From positions 83,088-147,087 of the forward strand of contig CALSPG010000003.1 in assembly GCA_943788175.1 (NCBI GenBank): a stretch of 64,000 bases of DNA. The letters run 5' to 3'. This document shows, in pieces, positions 52,688-62,976 of the stretch. Under the pieces are notes generated by a model. That model made no database searches and had not been told where the DNA came from. It saw only the letters and a list, made by a program, of their open reading frames with translations. A program made the position numbers and the translations under genes. The DNA comes from an uncultured bacterium. Its GTDB lineage: Bacteria > Fidelibacterota > Marinisomatia > Marinisomatales > UBA1611. Numbering within the stretch: the stretch's first letter is position 1; each line of letters starts with the position of its first letter.

Positions 52688-55660
52688 CTAGATTCCAGAG
52701 GAATCTTCTTCGTCCATTTTCTCTACTGTCTCGGGTTTAGGAATAATTACCTTTCCTGTTCCAGATAGTCCATCTATAATAGAGCTGAATGGCTCTTTAA
52801 ATTGATACCAGCTGATATGATTTTTCTCTTCTTTAGGATGATTTTTTTCTAGCCATTTTGAATTTAAAAAATCATTTTTGCTTTTGTGGTCAATAGTTAA
52901 ATAACCAATATGAAGGCTAATAATATTTTGGAAAAAATGACTACCGAATGATGGGTCAACTGGAAAATCTTGATGTCCTAGCTCTATAATCATTTTTGTA
53001 TTTGATATTTGTTGCCAATTTATTGGTACACCCAACCATGGGTCTGAAGAACCCCACCTACCAGGGCCAACAAGAATATAGGGTCTGTTTCTACCCATTT
53101 TATTATTAAAAAATTCTATTTCTTTAGCAATATCAAACGATTTTGAAGGATCGTACCTATCTGGAGATAAGTATAATAAATCCTTTATTTGGTTAGTCGA
53201 ACCATTTCCTAATGTTATTTGACTAGATGCGAAAATATCTCTTTTTCTAAAGGTTTTTTCTGAGATAGTCTTATTTGTTGATATTAGCATGGGTTTTATT
53301 TGTAATAAGTAAAATTCAGATGGTTCATTTTTCTTCATATTTACAGCAAACTCTATTTCAACAGGGCATCCGAGAGCTTGTTTTCCAAGTACAAGTAATT
53401 CATTTAGTATTTCACATAAGGGTATAATCTTCCAATCAAGAATTGGAGAAAAATTAACTACCCTTGTTCCTTTATAAGATAGAGAATTTCTTAGAATGTT
53501 ATCATCTGAAGTAATGACTCCTCCTAGCCATTCTAATGACTTGTCTATTTCAGCTTTTGAAAGGTTAAGAAGTTTTAAGTCATTTTTTAATTTGAAATTA
53601 GCACCTTCCATTTCGAGTGAATAAAAACTTGATTGGGAATTTGCTAAGGTTGATTTTATTGTTGAAAACTGAGGTTTGATGGCAGGGTATCTAGGAGAGA
53701 TGCCAAGGCATTTTCCACCGTCTACAATAGTTTTGCCAAAACCAAGCGCTAAATAGCATACTCCTTCATCTCTCTTCATATATGAAACGGGATAAAAGTT
53801 TATACTTTTTAATACGCCACTAAATGTTGGGTAAAATCTTCCGGCATCGTATTCTTGCCCAGCAATTTCCATTAAAATCACTGCCATTTTTTCTTCTTCT
53901 GTTCGATGGGCACTATTTGCAAAATATGATTTTGATTCATTATAAAATATTGATGCGAAAACTAATTTTATAGCATTAATTAATTGATTTATACGATCTT
54001 TAAATAACGTTTGGTTATTTGGTAACATAAATGTTGAATACGCCCCCGAAAGAGGTTGATATTGTGAGTCTTCTAGTAAGCTAGAGGACCTGACGGCTAA
54101 AGGATAATCACAATATTTTAAAAATGCTTCTACCTTAAGTGTGAGCTCCATCGACAACCGACTCTTAATAAACAATGTCTCAATATCTTGATCATTATTA
54201 GCTTTTAAGGCATTATCCCAAAGTTTATTATCTTTCATAAAACGATCAAATTCTTCTGTACCGATTATTGCCGTCTTTGGAATTTTTACATTTATGTTTT
54301 TGTATTTATTATTTATCCCTGACTGAATTATCATATCTTTTGCAAATGCTAATCCTCTTGCCTTACCACCTAAGGAACCTCCGCACATTTTATAAAACCT
54401 AGAACTTTTACCATTTTTAGGAGAAAAATCAGATACTTCACCAAACTTATGCTGTTCCTTCAAATTATTGATTTCTTTAATAATCATAGCTCTTATATCT
54501 TCTTTTTTAGAAAATTTTTGAACATTTATTCTTCTAAGTTTTGTTGCTAAATCAAAATTAGATCTAGCAGCAACCCAATTTGAAAAGTGATTGCTTTTAC
54601 CATGCAAAATAATGGATTCTATTGGCACTGTTTTTATGCCTTCAATTAGGTCTTCAATATTCGTTGCTTTTAGTAATTCATTGCCCTGATTATCCTTAAA
54701 AATAAAATCACCAAATCCAAAATTGATTAGCATGAAATTTCTTAAATCATTCAAGAGTGTGTTAGATTCTTTATGTAAAAAATCAGTTCCTAATTCTTCC
54801 GCTAATTTTCTATTAGAACTATCTGTTGATTGTAACATTATCGGCATGGACGGATGCTTTTCTCTGATAGATTTTGCAAATTTAGTTCCAGCTTTTGAAT
54901 CTTTTTTGCCATTATTTAAAAATTTAACATCAGATATTATTCCAACAATATTATCTCCATATTTAGTAGAAAACTTTTCAGCAGTTTCAAAATTTGGTGT
55001 TAGTAACACTTTGATTCTACCTCGCAGGTGCATTGATTTATAAGTAGAGCTAAAAGTTTTCTTCATAAGGGTTTTTGTAAGAGATACTATCTCTCGATAA
55101 ATAAGCGGAAGCAGTATTGAATACATCCGAGCAGAGTCTTCAATAAGAATTATTGCGCGCACATTACCTTGGATAATATCTTTTTCAGCATTTTTTCTAT
55201 CTTCAACATATTTAATGATTGCTGGAAAAACGGAAGCGTCACCTGACCATATAAAGATTCTATTAATTGAGCTCGGTGAAATTCGTGGAGTAAATTGTTT
55301 TATTTCTGTTTCATCAAAAGCTAGTAAGATTACTGGCATATTTGGATATTTCTTTTTTATGGACTTGCCAAGTGAAATTGGATCAGTATCTTCAATTCTT
55401 AGCATAACAATTACTAAATCAAAATTATTTTTTGATAAATCGTTCATTGCTGAAGCCGCCGTAGAGGACCTAGTTACTCTAGGAGCATAATTAAAATTCA
55501 TCCCGATGTATTCTGTCATAATTTGTTCAGTCAATCCTCCATCCTCTTCAAGTATAAAAGCATCATACGGGCTAGCGACTAATAGGATCTCATGAACTCT
55601 ATGTATCATCAGCTCATTGAAATTATCGCTATGATTAATATTGAAAGATTTATTTTTCAA
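52688..55660 (-). CDS. Receiver-like plus PEP/pyruvate-binding (PPDK_N) domain protein, without phospho-His and PEP-utilising C domains
   Basis: ILLVAS.YD.F.LEEDG, GSLGGKARGLAF, AVRSSSLLED, VEIEFAV, GPGRWGSSDPWLG, PSFGSHFFQN. Confidence 0.85.
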   Translation of the reverse strand: MKNKSFNINHSDNFNELMIHRVHEILLVASPYDAFILEEDGGLTEQIMTEYIGMNFNYAPRVTRSSTAASAMNDLSKNNFDLVIVMLRIEDTDPISLGKSIKKKYPNMPVILLAFDETEIKQFTPRISPSSINRIFIWSGDASVFPAIIKYVEDRKNAEKDIIQGNVRAIILIEDSARMYSILLPLIYREIVSLTKTLMKKTFSSTYKSMHLRGRIKVLLTPNFETAEKFSTKYGDNIVGIISDVKFLNNGKKDSKAGTKFAKSIREKHPSMPIMLQSTDSSNRKLAEELGTDFLHKESNTLLNDLRNFMLINFGFGDFIFKDNQGNELLKATNIEDLIEGIKTVPIESIILHGKSNHFSNWVAARSNFDLATKLRRINVQKFSKKEDIRAMIIKEINNLKEQHKFGEVSDFSPKNGKSSRFYKMCGGSLGGKARGLAFAKDMIIQSGINNKYKNINVKIPKTAIIGTEEFDRFMKDNKLWDNALKANNDQDIETLFIKSRLSMELTLKVEAFLKYCDYPLAVRSSSLLEDSQYQPLSGAYSTFMLPNNQTLFKDRINQLINAIKLVFASIFYNESKSYFANSAHRTEEEKMAVILMEIAGQEYDAGRFYPTFSGVLKSINFYPVSYMKRDEGVCYLALGFGKTIVDGGKCLGISPRYPAIKPQFSTIKSTLANSQSSFYSLEMEGANFKLKNDLKLLNLSKAEIDKSLEWLGGVITSDDNILRNSLSYKGTRVVNFSPILDWKIIPLCEILNELLVLGKQALGCPVEIEFAVNMKKNEPSEFYLLQIKPMLISTNKTISEKTFRKRDIFASSQITLGNGSTNQIKDLLYLSPDRYDPSKSFDIAKEIEFFNNKMGRNRPYILVGPGRWGSSDPWLGVPINWQQISNTKMIIELGHQDFPVDPSFGSHFFQNIISLHIGYLTIDHKSKNDFLNSKWLEKNHPKEEKNHISWYQFKEPFSSIIDGLSGTGKVIIPKPETVEKMDEEDSSGI

Positions 55661-55821
55661 AAGCCGAATGATTTTAGTTTTTGTATGTTTAATTTCATTT
55701 TAAACCTTATGCATTGTTTTGTAGTGATATAATTAACTAAAATAAAGCTTAAGTTAATTAACATATACAATATTATAATACTTTCTAGCCAAGTTAAACT
55801 CTAAATTAATACTACTTAAGG

Positions 55822-57009
55822 ATGCTAAGACCTCTAAAGTCTTTTGATATAAAAGGACAAACTATTCTAGTCAGGTTGGATTTAAATGTTCCAACTATAA
55901 ATGGTATCATCCAAGATGACTTTAGAATTAGAGCATGTCTACCTACAATTAATTATTGTTTGAAAGAAGGCGCTTCGGTTGTAATAATGTCGCATTTAGG
56001 AAGACCAGAAGGAACTCACAGCGACGACTTAAGCTTAATCCCGATTGGTGAGCACCTGGCATCATTACTTGAACTGCCAATAAAATTTTCTAAAGACTGT
56101 ATTTCTCAAGATGCAATAGACACTTCATTGTCTTTAAAACCCGGCGAAGTTCATTTACTTGAAAATTTGAGATTCTACAATGAAGAAATCCAGAATGATT
56201 TGGTATTTGCTAACAAGCTTTCAAAGCATGGGAGGCTCTACATTAACGATGCTTTTGGTACCGCGCACAGGGCGCATGCGTCTAATCACGGTGTTGTTGA
56301 TAATTTCAAAAACTTTGGTATAGGATATTTGTTTGAAAGAGAAATGAGGTATTTAAAAGACGTTATTAATAAACCTAAAAAACCTCTTGTCTTAATTCTT
56401 GGAGGTGCAAAGGTATCAACCAAATTAGAACTAATAGACAGATATGTACATCAAGCTGATTCGATTATTGTTGGAGGTGGAATGGCATTCACATTTTTGA
56501 AAGCTATGGGCTACAATGTTGGCAGTTCCTTAGTTGAATCAAAAATGATAAGTCAAGCTAAGAACATTTTGGACACCGCAAGGAAAAGCGGAAAAAAAAT
56601 AGTTCTACCAAATGATGTTGTTTGCTCTAACAATATAAACGCATCCTCCGATGGAAGTGTTATTAGTGTTCGTGATATACCTGATGGTATGATGGGGCTA
56701 GATATAGGACCCAAAACTATAGAAAAATATTCTGACATATTAACCTCAGCCAAAACAGTATTATGGAATGGCCCAATGGGTGTTTTTGAAAATAAGTTTT
56801 TTGAAAGTGGTACTAAATCGATTGCAGAAAAATTAGTTCAATTAGTAATGACTGATTCAATTGTCATTGCTGGTGGTGGAGATACAGCATCTGCATTGAG
56901 GCATTTTAAACTTGAAGAAAAAATCACGCATGTTTCTACAGGGGGTGGCTCCTCTTTAGAACTAATGTCAGGAAATCAATTAAAAGCGATAAATAAATTG
57001 GAGATATAA
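55822..57009 (+). CDS. pgk: Phosphoglycerate kinase
   Basis: RLDLNVP, SHLGRP, LENLRF, WNGPMGVFE, STGGG. Confidence 0.98.
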   Translation: MLRPLKSFDIKGQTILVRLDLNVPTINGIIQDDFRIRACLPTINYCLKEGASVVIMSHLGRPEGTHSDDLSLIPIGEHLASLLELPIKFSKDCISQDAIDTSLSLKPGEVHLLENLRFYNEEIQNDLVFANKLSKHGRLYINDAFGTAHRAHASNHGVVDNFKNFGIGYLFEREMRYLKDVINKPKKPLVLILGGAKVSTKLELIDRYVHQADSIIVGGGMAFTFLKAMGYNVGSSLVESKMISQAKNILDTARKSGKKIVLPNDVVCSNNINASSDGSVISVRDIPDGMMGLDIGPKTIEKYSDILTSAKTVLWNGPMGVFENKFFESGTKSIAEKLVQLVMTDSIVIAGGGDTASALRHFKLEEKITHVSTGGGSSLELMSGNQLKAINKLEI

Positions 57010-57014
57010 TAAGT

Positions 57015-57761
57015 ATGATTAATCCTATAGTAGCGGGTAATTGGAAAATGAATAAAACGCCGTCAGAAGGGAAAATCTTTTCTGAAAAGATGGTAGAAAA
57101 ATTAGATTCTAAAAGTAGCGTGGATATAATAGTATGTCCGTCATTCACTGGCTTAAGTAGCTTGGTCACTTCTACTAAATTCCATTTAGGAGCACAAAAC
57201 TGTCACTTTGAAGGTTCTGGTGCTTTTACTGGAGAAATATCAACATCTATGTTGCTTAATTGTAATGTTGAATATGTTATTTTAGGGCATTCAGAAAGAA
57301 GATCGATTTTTCATGAAAAAAATAATGACATTGGTCAAAAAGTAACTAAGGTCCTTAGTGACGGGATGAAGCCTATTCTGTGCGTTGGAGAAACGATAGA
57401 TGAATTAAATGATGGGTTGGCGAAAGAGACAGTTCATCGTCAATTGCAATTAGGACTGAATAATGTAAATTCATTAAATAATATAGTAGTTGCCTACGAG
57501 CCAGTTTGGGCTATTGGAACAGGTTTGACAGCTTCTGTTGAAAAAGTTAGCGAAATCCACTCGTTTATACGAACTACTTTAAAAGATCTTTTTTCAGAGT
57601 CAGAAAGTAATAATGTTCCAATTATTTATGGCGGTTCAGTAAATTCGGATAATGCCGATGAGTTAATTAATGCTCATGGTGTCAATGGCTTTCTAATTGG
57701 TGGTGCGAGTTTAGATGTTGATAAATTTGTAGAAATCATTAATATTGTTGATAAAATTTAG
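57015..57761 (+). CDS. tpiA: Triosephosphate isomerase
   Basis: AGNWKMN, GHSERR, AYEPVWAIGTG, YGGSV. Confidence 0.98.
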   Translation: MINPIVAGNWKMNKTPSEGKIFSEKMVEKLDSKSSVDIIVCPSFTGLSSLVTSTKFHLGAQNCHFEGSGAFTGEISTSMLLNCNVEYVILGHSERRSIFHEKNNDIGQKVTKVLSDGMKPILCVGETIDELNDGLAKETVHRQLQLGLNNVNSLNNIVVAYEPVWAIGTGLTASVEKVSEIHSFIRTTLKDLFSESESNNVPIIYGGSVNSDNADELINAHGVNGFLIGGASLDVDKFVEIINIVDKI

Positions 57762-57775
57762 GAGTATTTTTTCAA

Positions 57776-58117
57776 ATGATTGGATTTTTAATTATAGTAC
57801 ACACTATTGTTAGTATTTTGTTAGTATCGTTAGTTTTGATGCAAGCTAGCCAGGGTGGTGGTCTTTCCGGGACTTTTGGAGGCCAGGCTGCTAGCTCAAT
57901 TCTTGGCGGGCAAGGTGCTGGGAATGTTTTAAGTAAAATCACCGGATGGTTAGCCGCAATATTTATTGGCTTAGCGATTTTAATAAGTACATTGAGCGGG
58001 CCGAATGAGGATAGTAGCTCCTCCCTAATAAAAAAAGCTGCTGAAGAAAACCCCATACCTATTGAGCAAAATTCAACTCAGCTTGAAGAAAAACAGCCTG
58101 TACTAGATTTAGAGTAA
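57776..58117 (+). CDS. secG: Preprotein translocase subunit SecG
   Basis: VLMQ...GGGLSGTFGG between two TM helices; tpiA-secG-tRNA-Leu synteny. Confidence 0.95.
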   Translation: MIGFLIIVHTIVSILLVSLVLMQASQGGGLSGTFGGQAASSILGGQGAGNVLSKITGWLAAIFIGLAILISTLSGPNEDSSSSLIKKAAEENPIPIEQNSTQLEEKQPVLDLE

Positions 58118-58148
58118 AATACTTAGTAAAAATAATTATTAACATTAT

Positions 58149-58232
58149 GCCGAAGTGGTGGAACTGGTAGACACGCAGTCTTGAGGGGGCTGTGAGGGTA
58201 ACCTCGTGCCGGTTCGAGTCCGGCTTTCGGCA
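58149..58232 (+). tRNA. tRNA-Leu (GAG); 3' CCA not encoded
   Basis: GCCGAAG/TTTCGGC acceptor, CAGTC-TTGAGGG-GGCTG anticodon arm, long variable arm. Confidence 0.95.
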
Positions 58233-58275
58233 CATTTTTTTAAAAATTAGATTAAATTTTTCTGTTTGTTCCTCT

Positions 58276-58318
58276 TTGCCATTTTCATTACTTAAGAGTA
58301 GATTTAAAATCTAATCTT
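58276..58318 (+). promoter_or_regulatory. Sigma70-like promoter overlapped by a 25-bp palindrome
   Basis: TTGCCA-17 nt-TAGATT; AAGAgTAGATTT-A-AAATCTAaTCTT at 58294-58318. Confidence 0.5.
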
Positions 58319-58337
58319 TATGGTTTCAATAATAAAA

Positions 58338-59507
58338 ATGAATAAAATCATTGTATCGCTTATAATCGGTTTAACTGCTCTGGGGTTTTCCCAGAATACA
58401 ACTATCTTGTTCTTAAGAGATGGATCTATTATACAAGGGACTATTACTCACGAAAAGCCTAATAAGATTTTTCTTAAAACCGATATGGGATTTATTCAAA
58501 TAAAACCTGAGGATATTATTGGAAGAGAAGACTTAGCAAAAAAAGGTGATTTAACCTATATGTCTGATCAGATAGAGTTTGTTAGAAGGTATGTTGAAAG
58601 TTTATCAGGTAAAACAGTTTCATGGAAAGATTCATTGCAGAGTAATATTGAAAATTTATACCAAATATATAGAGGCGTTGAAATTTTACAACAAGAATTT
58701 GAAGCAGATTTATTGCGGCTTTATACCAAAGAACAAGAGAAAACAAAACAATTGCTTGAAATCACACATGATATTGTTGAGCATGAGGTTGATATATCAT
58801 TAAACAGGCAAAATATTGGCTTAGTTGGTGATACTATTTCTAATATTAATAATGGCTTGGCAATCGCTGAGAATAATTTAGCGAAAAATATAAATCAAAC
58901 TTATGTGCTTTCCGGTTCGACAGCTAATATGATGGATGATATTGATGGTGTCTCGAATGAAATTATAAATAATAAAAGCCAAATAGATATTATGTCTGGT
59001 TCTGTGGCTAATTTATATCGTGAAGTTCAAAGAGTAGAAAAATCATTCGAGTTTATGAATAGATCAATTAAAGAGAACAGAGGGTCAATTGGCCTTAATC
59101 AAGAATCTATAAATGCAAACCATAATGCTATCATTGAACTAGGAAATGCTGTCGACAAAAAGATTGATGCTCTTCATGATTCTTTGAAGGTTTCACAAAA
59201 TGAATTGGTAAGTACTATGGAGCTATTATGGAAACAAAATAAAAAATCTGTAACGGACATCAATGATACTTTTAATGACAGTCTTTATAATGCTAACAGG
59301 AAAATTAAAAACATTGATACAAAAGTTGATGATATTGATAGCGATTTAGAAATCTATATCACTGAATTGAAGGCATCTATTGAATCTATAAATAAAGCGA
59401 TAGCTGTTATTAATGGTAATATTAATGGAATTGAAAATAGTGTAAACGGTGTTAGTTCAAAATTAGAATCACTATCTACTCAAGTTTCCAAAATCAAGAA
59501 AAAGTAG
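58338..59507 (+). CDS. Exported long coiled-coil protein
   Basis: Signal peptide from MNKII; small L.DG..I.G.I beta domain; about 300 aa of heptad-like sequence. Confidence 0.75.
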   Translation: MNKIIVSLIIGLTALGFSQNTTILFLRDGSIIQGTITHEKPNKIFLKTDMGFIQIKPEDIIGREDLAKKGDLTYMSDQIEFVRRYVESLSGKTVSWKDSLQSNIENLYQIYRGVEILQQEFEADLLRLYTKEQEKTKQLLEITHDIVEHEVDISLNRQNIGLVGDTISNINNGLAIAENNLAKNINQTYVLSGSTANMMDDIDGVSNEIINNKSQIDIMSGSVANLYREVQRVEKSFEFMNRSIKENRGSIGLNQESINANHNAIIELGNAVDKKIDALHDSLKVSQNELVSTMELLWKQNKKSVTDINDTFNDSLYNANRKIKNIDTKVDDIDSDLEIYITELKASIESINKAIAVINGNINGIENSVNGVSSKLESLSTQVSKIKKK

Positions 59508-59547
59508 ATATTTATAAAATTTATTATAATTATATGTTCAATAATTA

Positions 59548-60099
59548 ATGTTTAAACCAATTATTCAATTTCTTTTAGTCCTTCTATTTTTTACGAATTT
59601 ATATTCTCAAAACATAGAAACAGAAATAATAGAAATTAATCAGCATATTGAAAAAAGTGAAATAAATGATGCTGAGGCCAAATTAAATAAACTTCTATCT
59701 ACAGATCCTTCATATGCTCCTGGATATGTCTCCTTTTCAAAAATTTGGTTATTTCGTGCAAATATAAACAAGGCAACTGAGCATGCAAACTTAGCGGTAA
59801 GGATTGATGAAGACTTTAGATACTGGTGGGAAGAAATAAATAGTATCAGAACAAAAATCAAGACAGGCACCTTGGATGTCCATAAAAAAAACTATAATAG
59901 CGCAATTGAAATATTTTCTAGCTTATCAAAAGAATATCCTAAATACCCTGAACCTTTGTATTTATTAGGTTTGGCTAATTACAAACAAAAATCATTTGAA
60001 GAAGCAGCTAATTTTTTTAAACAATCAATAGATCTATATCCAGATTACATTAAAGCTCAAAAAGCTTTGATTAATGTCAATAAACGTATTCGCAAATAA
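59548..60099 (+). CDS. Exported TPR protein (short paralog of the next gene)
   Basis: Signal peptide, TPR motifs, DEDFRYWW..N.IRTKI. Confidence 0.85.
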   Translation: MFKPIIQFLLVLLFFTNLYSQNIETEIIEINQHIEKSEINDAEAKLNKLLSTDPSYAPGYVSFSKIWLFRANINKATEHANLAVRIDEDFRYWWEEINSIRTKIKTGTLDVHKKNYNSAIEIFSSLSKEYPKYPEPLYLLGLANYKQKSFEEAANFFKQSIDLYPDYIKAQKALINVNKRIRK

Positions 60100-60126
60100 T
60101 TATAAACTTTAAAAGGAAGAATTAAG

Positions 60127-61422
60127 ATGTGTAGGGTTTTTATATATTTAGTATCAGTATTACCATTCTTGGCCTTGGCTCAGGACCCAGAACAGTTGCT
60201 TATCCAAGCAAATCAAAAAATGGCTTCTGGCGAATTAAATAAGGCTGATTCATTATTAAAAGAAGCTCTTAAAGTAGATCCCTCTTTTGCACCAGCTCAT
60301 ATAGGGTTTTCAGAATTGTTTCTTCGAAAAGGTGATTTAAATAAAGCAAATGCTTCTGCAACAAAAGCTGTTCAAATGGACGAAGAATTTAGATCTTGGT
60401 GGAATGGTTTGAATGATATAAGAACTAAGATACAAAATGGTAAACGAAATGTTCAGCAAGGTCAGTTTGATATAGCAATGCAGGAATATCAATCAATAGC
60501 TGATAAATATCCTTATTTCCCAGAAACTCAGTTTTATATGGGGCTCACAAAATTTAGACAGAAAGATATTGAAGGAGCCGCTTACCACTTTAGCGAGGCC
60601 TTAAAAATTTATCCTGAACACATGAAAGCAAGGAAAGGCCTAAATAATGTTACTAAACAGTTATTAAACAATGGAAATAAGGCTTACAAAAGAGGTGATT
60701 TAGATAAAGCGACTGATTACTATAAAAAAGCAATTAAGTATGATTTAGGCTTTTATTTAGCTTTTTATCAACTTGGTGTTTTAGAGAAAAAAATTGGGAA
60801 CTCTGAAGAAGCAATTTCATACTTTAATAAGGCGATTAAGATAAAGCCTGATTTTCACAAGGCTTGGTTTACGTTAGGTACTGCTTACGAAGTAGATAAT
60901 AATTTAGATTCTGCTATTATAAAATATGAAAAAGCAATTGAGCTAAACCCTGGTTATACGAAAGCTTATAGTAATCTTGGCAACATAAGATTGATTAGAA
61001 AAGAATATGAAGAAGCAAAGAATATATTATTAACTGCTATTCAAACTGACCCCACTTATTCAGATGCCTATTTAAGGTTGGGTGTCGTTTATACTGAACA
61101 GGAATTATTTGTTGAAGCCTCTGAGCAGTTTAAAAAGTCTACTGAATATGATGAAAAAAATTATGACACTTGGTTTAGATATGCTTCATCACTTAATTCC
61201 ACAGAAAGGTTTAAAGAAGCATCCATTTCAGCACAAAAATGTATAGACCTTAAGTCAAAATTCGGTGGTGGTTGGTATGAAAAGGGAGTGGCGGAATTTA
61301 AAAGTGGTAAAAAGACAAGAGCGTTAAAATATTTTGAAGAAGCAAATAAAGACAGAGATTGGAGAAAACTTGCTCAGCGAAAAATTGATGAGATAAATAA
61401 TCCGACTAAATATCAAAAATGA
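60127..61422 (+). CDS. Exported multi-TPR protein
   Basis: Signal peptide and many A...LG..Y......A...Y.KA...P repeats. Confidence 0.9.
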   Translation: MCRVFIYLVSVLPFLALAQDPEQLLIQANQKMASGELNKADSLLKEALKVDPSFAPAHIGFSELFLRKGDLNKANASATKAVQMDEEFRSWWNGLNDIRTKIQNGKRNVQQGQFDIAMQEYQSIADKYPYFPETQFYMGLTKFRQKDIEGAAYHFSEALKIYPEHMKARKGLNNVTKQLLNNGNKAYKRGDLDKATDYYKKAIKYDLGFYLAFYQLGVLEKKIGNSEEAISYFNKAIKIKPDFHKAWFTLGTAYEVDNNLDSAIIKYEKAIELNPGYTKAYSNLGNIRLIRKEYEEAKNILLTAIQTDPTYSDAYLRLGVVYTEQELFVEASEQFKKSTEYDEKNYDTWFRYASSLNSTERFKEASISAQKCIDLKSKFGGGWYEKGVAEFKSGKKTRALKYFEEANKDRDWRKLAQRKIDEINNPTKYQK

Positions 61423-62126
61423 TTCTCTCAAATAATATCCCAATTAAAGGAGTTATCTTTGATTTAGATAATACATTGCTAGATTTTATGAAAATGAAGC
61501 AAGTAGCTGTTAAGTCAGCTATTCGTGGTATGATTGAAGCAGGTATGGTTATAAATGAGTCGAAGTCTTTCGATGACATTATTGCACTTTATGAGAAGAT
61601 AGGTTGGGAAAATCAAAAAGTTTTTGATGTTTTTTTAGAGGAATCAATAGGATATGTTGATAATAAGTATCTTGCTGCTGGTATTGTCGCTTACAGGCGA
61701 GCGAGAGAAGCCAACTTATTGGCTTACCCTAATGTTAACAGAACTTTAATTGATCTCACAAAATTAGGGGTGAAGCTTGCAGTCGTTTCAGATGCTCCAA
61801 GTCGTGAAGCTTGGATGAGAATATATTATTTAAACTTGCATCACTTTTTTGATGCTGTTATTACATTCGATGATTCAGGAGAGAGGAAACCTTCATCTGT
61901 ACCATTCGAAATGGCTTTAAAAAAATTAAATCTTGAACCAAAATCTAGTTTAATGATTGGCGATTGGCCTGAGAGAGACGTTGTTGGTGCTAAAAAAATT
62001 GGTATGCGCACGGCTTTTGCTGTTTATGGAGATACCTTTGGCACTAAAAACTCTGGTGCTGATTGGGATATAAAAGATATATCTGAACTTACTTCTATTA
62101 TTAAAAGAACAAATAATATTGTCTAA
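61419..62126 (+). CDS. HAD-superfamily hydrolase, subfamily IA
   Basis: FDLDNTL, VVSD, KP, MIGD..ERDV.GA. Confidence 0.9.
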   Translation: MILSNNIPIKGVIFDLDNTLLDFMKMKQVAVKSAIRGMIEAGMVINESKSFDDIIALYEKIGWENQKVFDVFLEESIGYVDNKYLAAGIVAYRRAREANLLAYPNVNRTLIDLTKLGVKLAVVSDAPSREAWMRIYYLNLHHFFDAVITFDDSGERKPSSVPFEMALKKLNLEPKSSLMIGDWPERDVVGAKKIGMRTAFAVYGDTFGTKNSGADWDIKDISELTSIIKRTNNIV

Positions 62127-62484
62127 TTATTTTCCTGGAATTGATATTGTTGATGTCGCTCGAATCAAAAATTCTATAGAAAATTATAAAGGAAAATTTC
62201 TTAATAAAATTTTTTCAGAAGAGGAACAATCCTATTGCTTTTCAAAGGCTAATCCATACATTCATTTTGCGGGAAAATTTGCAGCAAAAGAAGCAGTGAT
62301 CAAATCTTTACTCTCTAGTAAAAGCATTAAGCAAATTGGTTTCTTAAATATATTTATTTTAAATGATGATAAGGGCACTCCAATAGTTAAGATTAAAGAT
62401 TTAACGGAAAATGATATTAAAGTTTCTATCTCTCATACTGAATCTCAGGCTATTGCTTTTGCTATTTTTAATTTAGAAAAATGA
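62119..62484 (+). CDS. acpS: Holo-[acyl-carrier-protein] synthase
   Basis: GIDIV, AGKFAAKEA..K, G.P, VSISH. Confidence 0.93.
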   Translation: MSNYFPGIDIVDVARIKNSIENYKGKFLNKIFSEEEQSYCFSKANPYIHFAGKFAAKEAVIKSLLSSKSIKQIGFLNIFILNDDKGTPIVKIKDLTENDIKVSISHTESQAIAFAIFNLEK

Positions 62485-62598
62485 GGTATGGTTTAACATT
62501 TTATAAAAAAATAAATTATTTTTTCATTCAAAACTTTTTTCACTATTAAATAATTTAAATTTATGGAAAATCATTATAATAATATTTTTGTCTGTAAT

Positions 62599-62976
62599 AT
62601 GAAACAATTACTATCTGATTCAAGAATAACTGGTTTATTAACTGTCTCGTTTATAGTGTTAATGATTTTTGGTTCATCATTTGAAGGAAATAGTATCCCA
62701 AAATCCTATATTTTTACCTTAGATAAACTTCTTCACATTTTAGAATACTATATTTTTGGGACCCTTTTGTTTTTTGTTTTCTTATCTGCTTCAAAAAAAC
62801 CAGCTATTATTAGTTTAATAATTGGGATATTTTATAGTTTTATTGATGAATTATACCAGTTAACAGTAAAAGGAAGAGATTCTAGCATTCTTGATATAGT
62901 AGCTGATATAACTGGGTTAATTTTAGGATTAGTATTTATAAAAATAATTTTGAATTCACTTATTTATGATAAATAA
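62599..62976 (+). CDS. VanZ-family membrane protein
   Basis: DKLLH..EY, DELYQ....GR.SS..D..AD..G; start 62599 or 62563. Confidence 0.85.
   Translation: MKQLLSDSRITGLLTVSFIVLMIFGSSFEGNSIPKSYIFTLDKLLHILEYYIFGTLLFFVFLSASKKPAIISLIIGIFYSFIDELYQLTVKGRDSSILDIVADITGLILGLVFIKIILNSLIYDK

Noticed and set aside
55730-55760. TAATTAACT-N13-AGTTAATTA inverted repeat in the divergent pgk promoter region
   Set aside because: Low-complexity AT-rich context; no independent support
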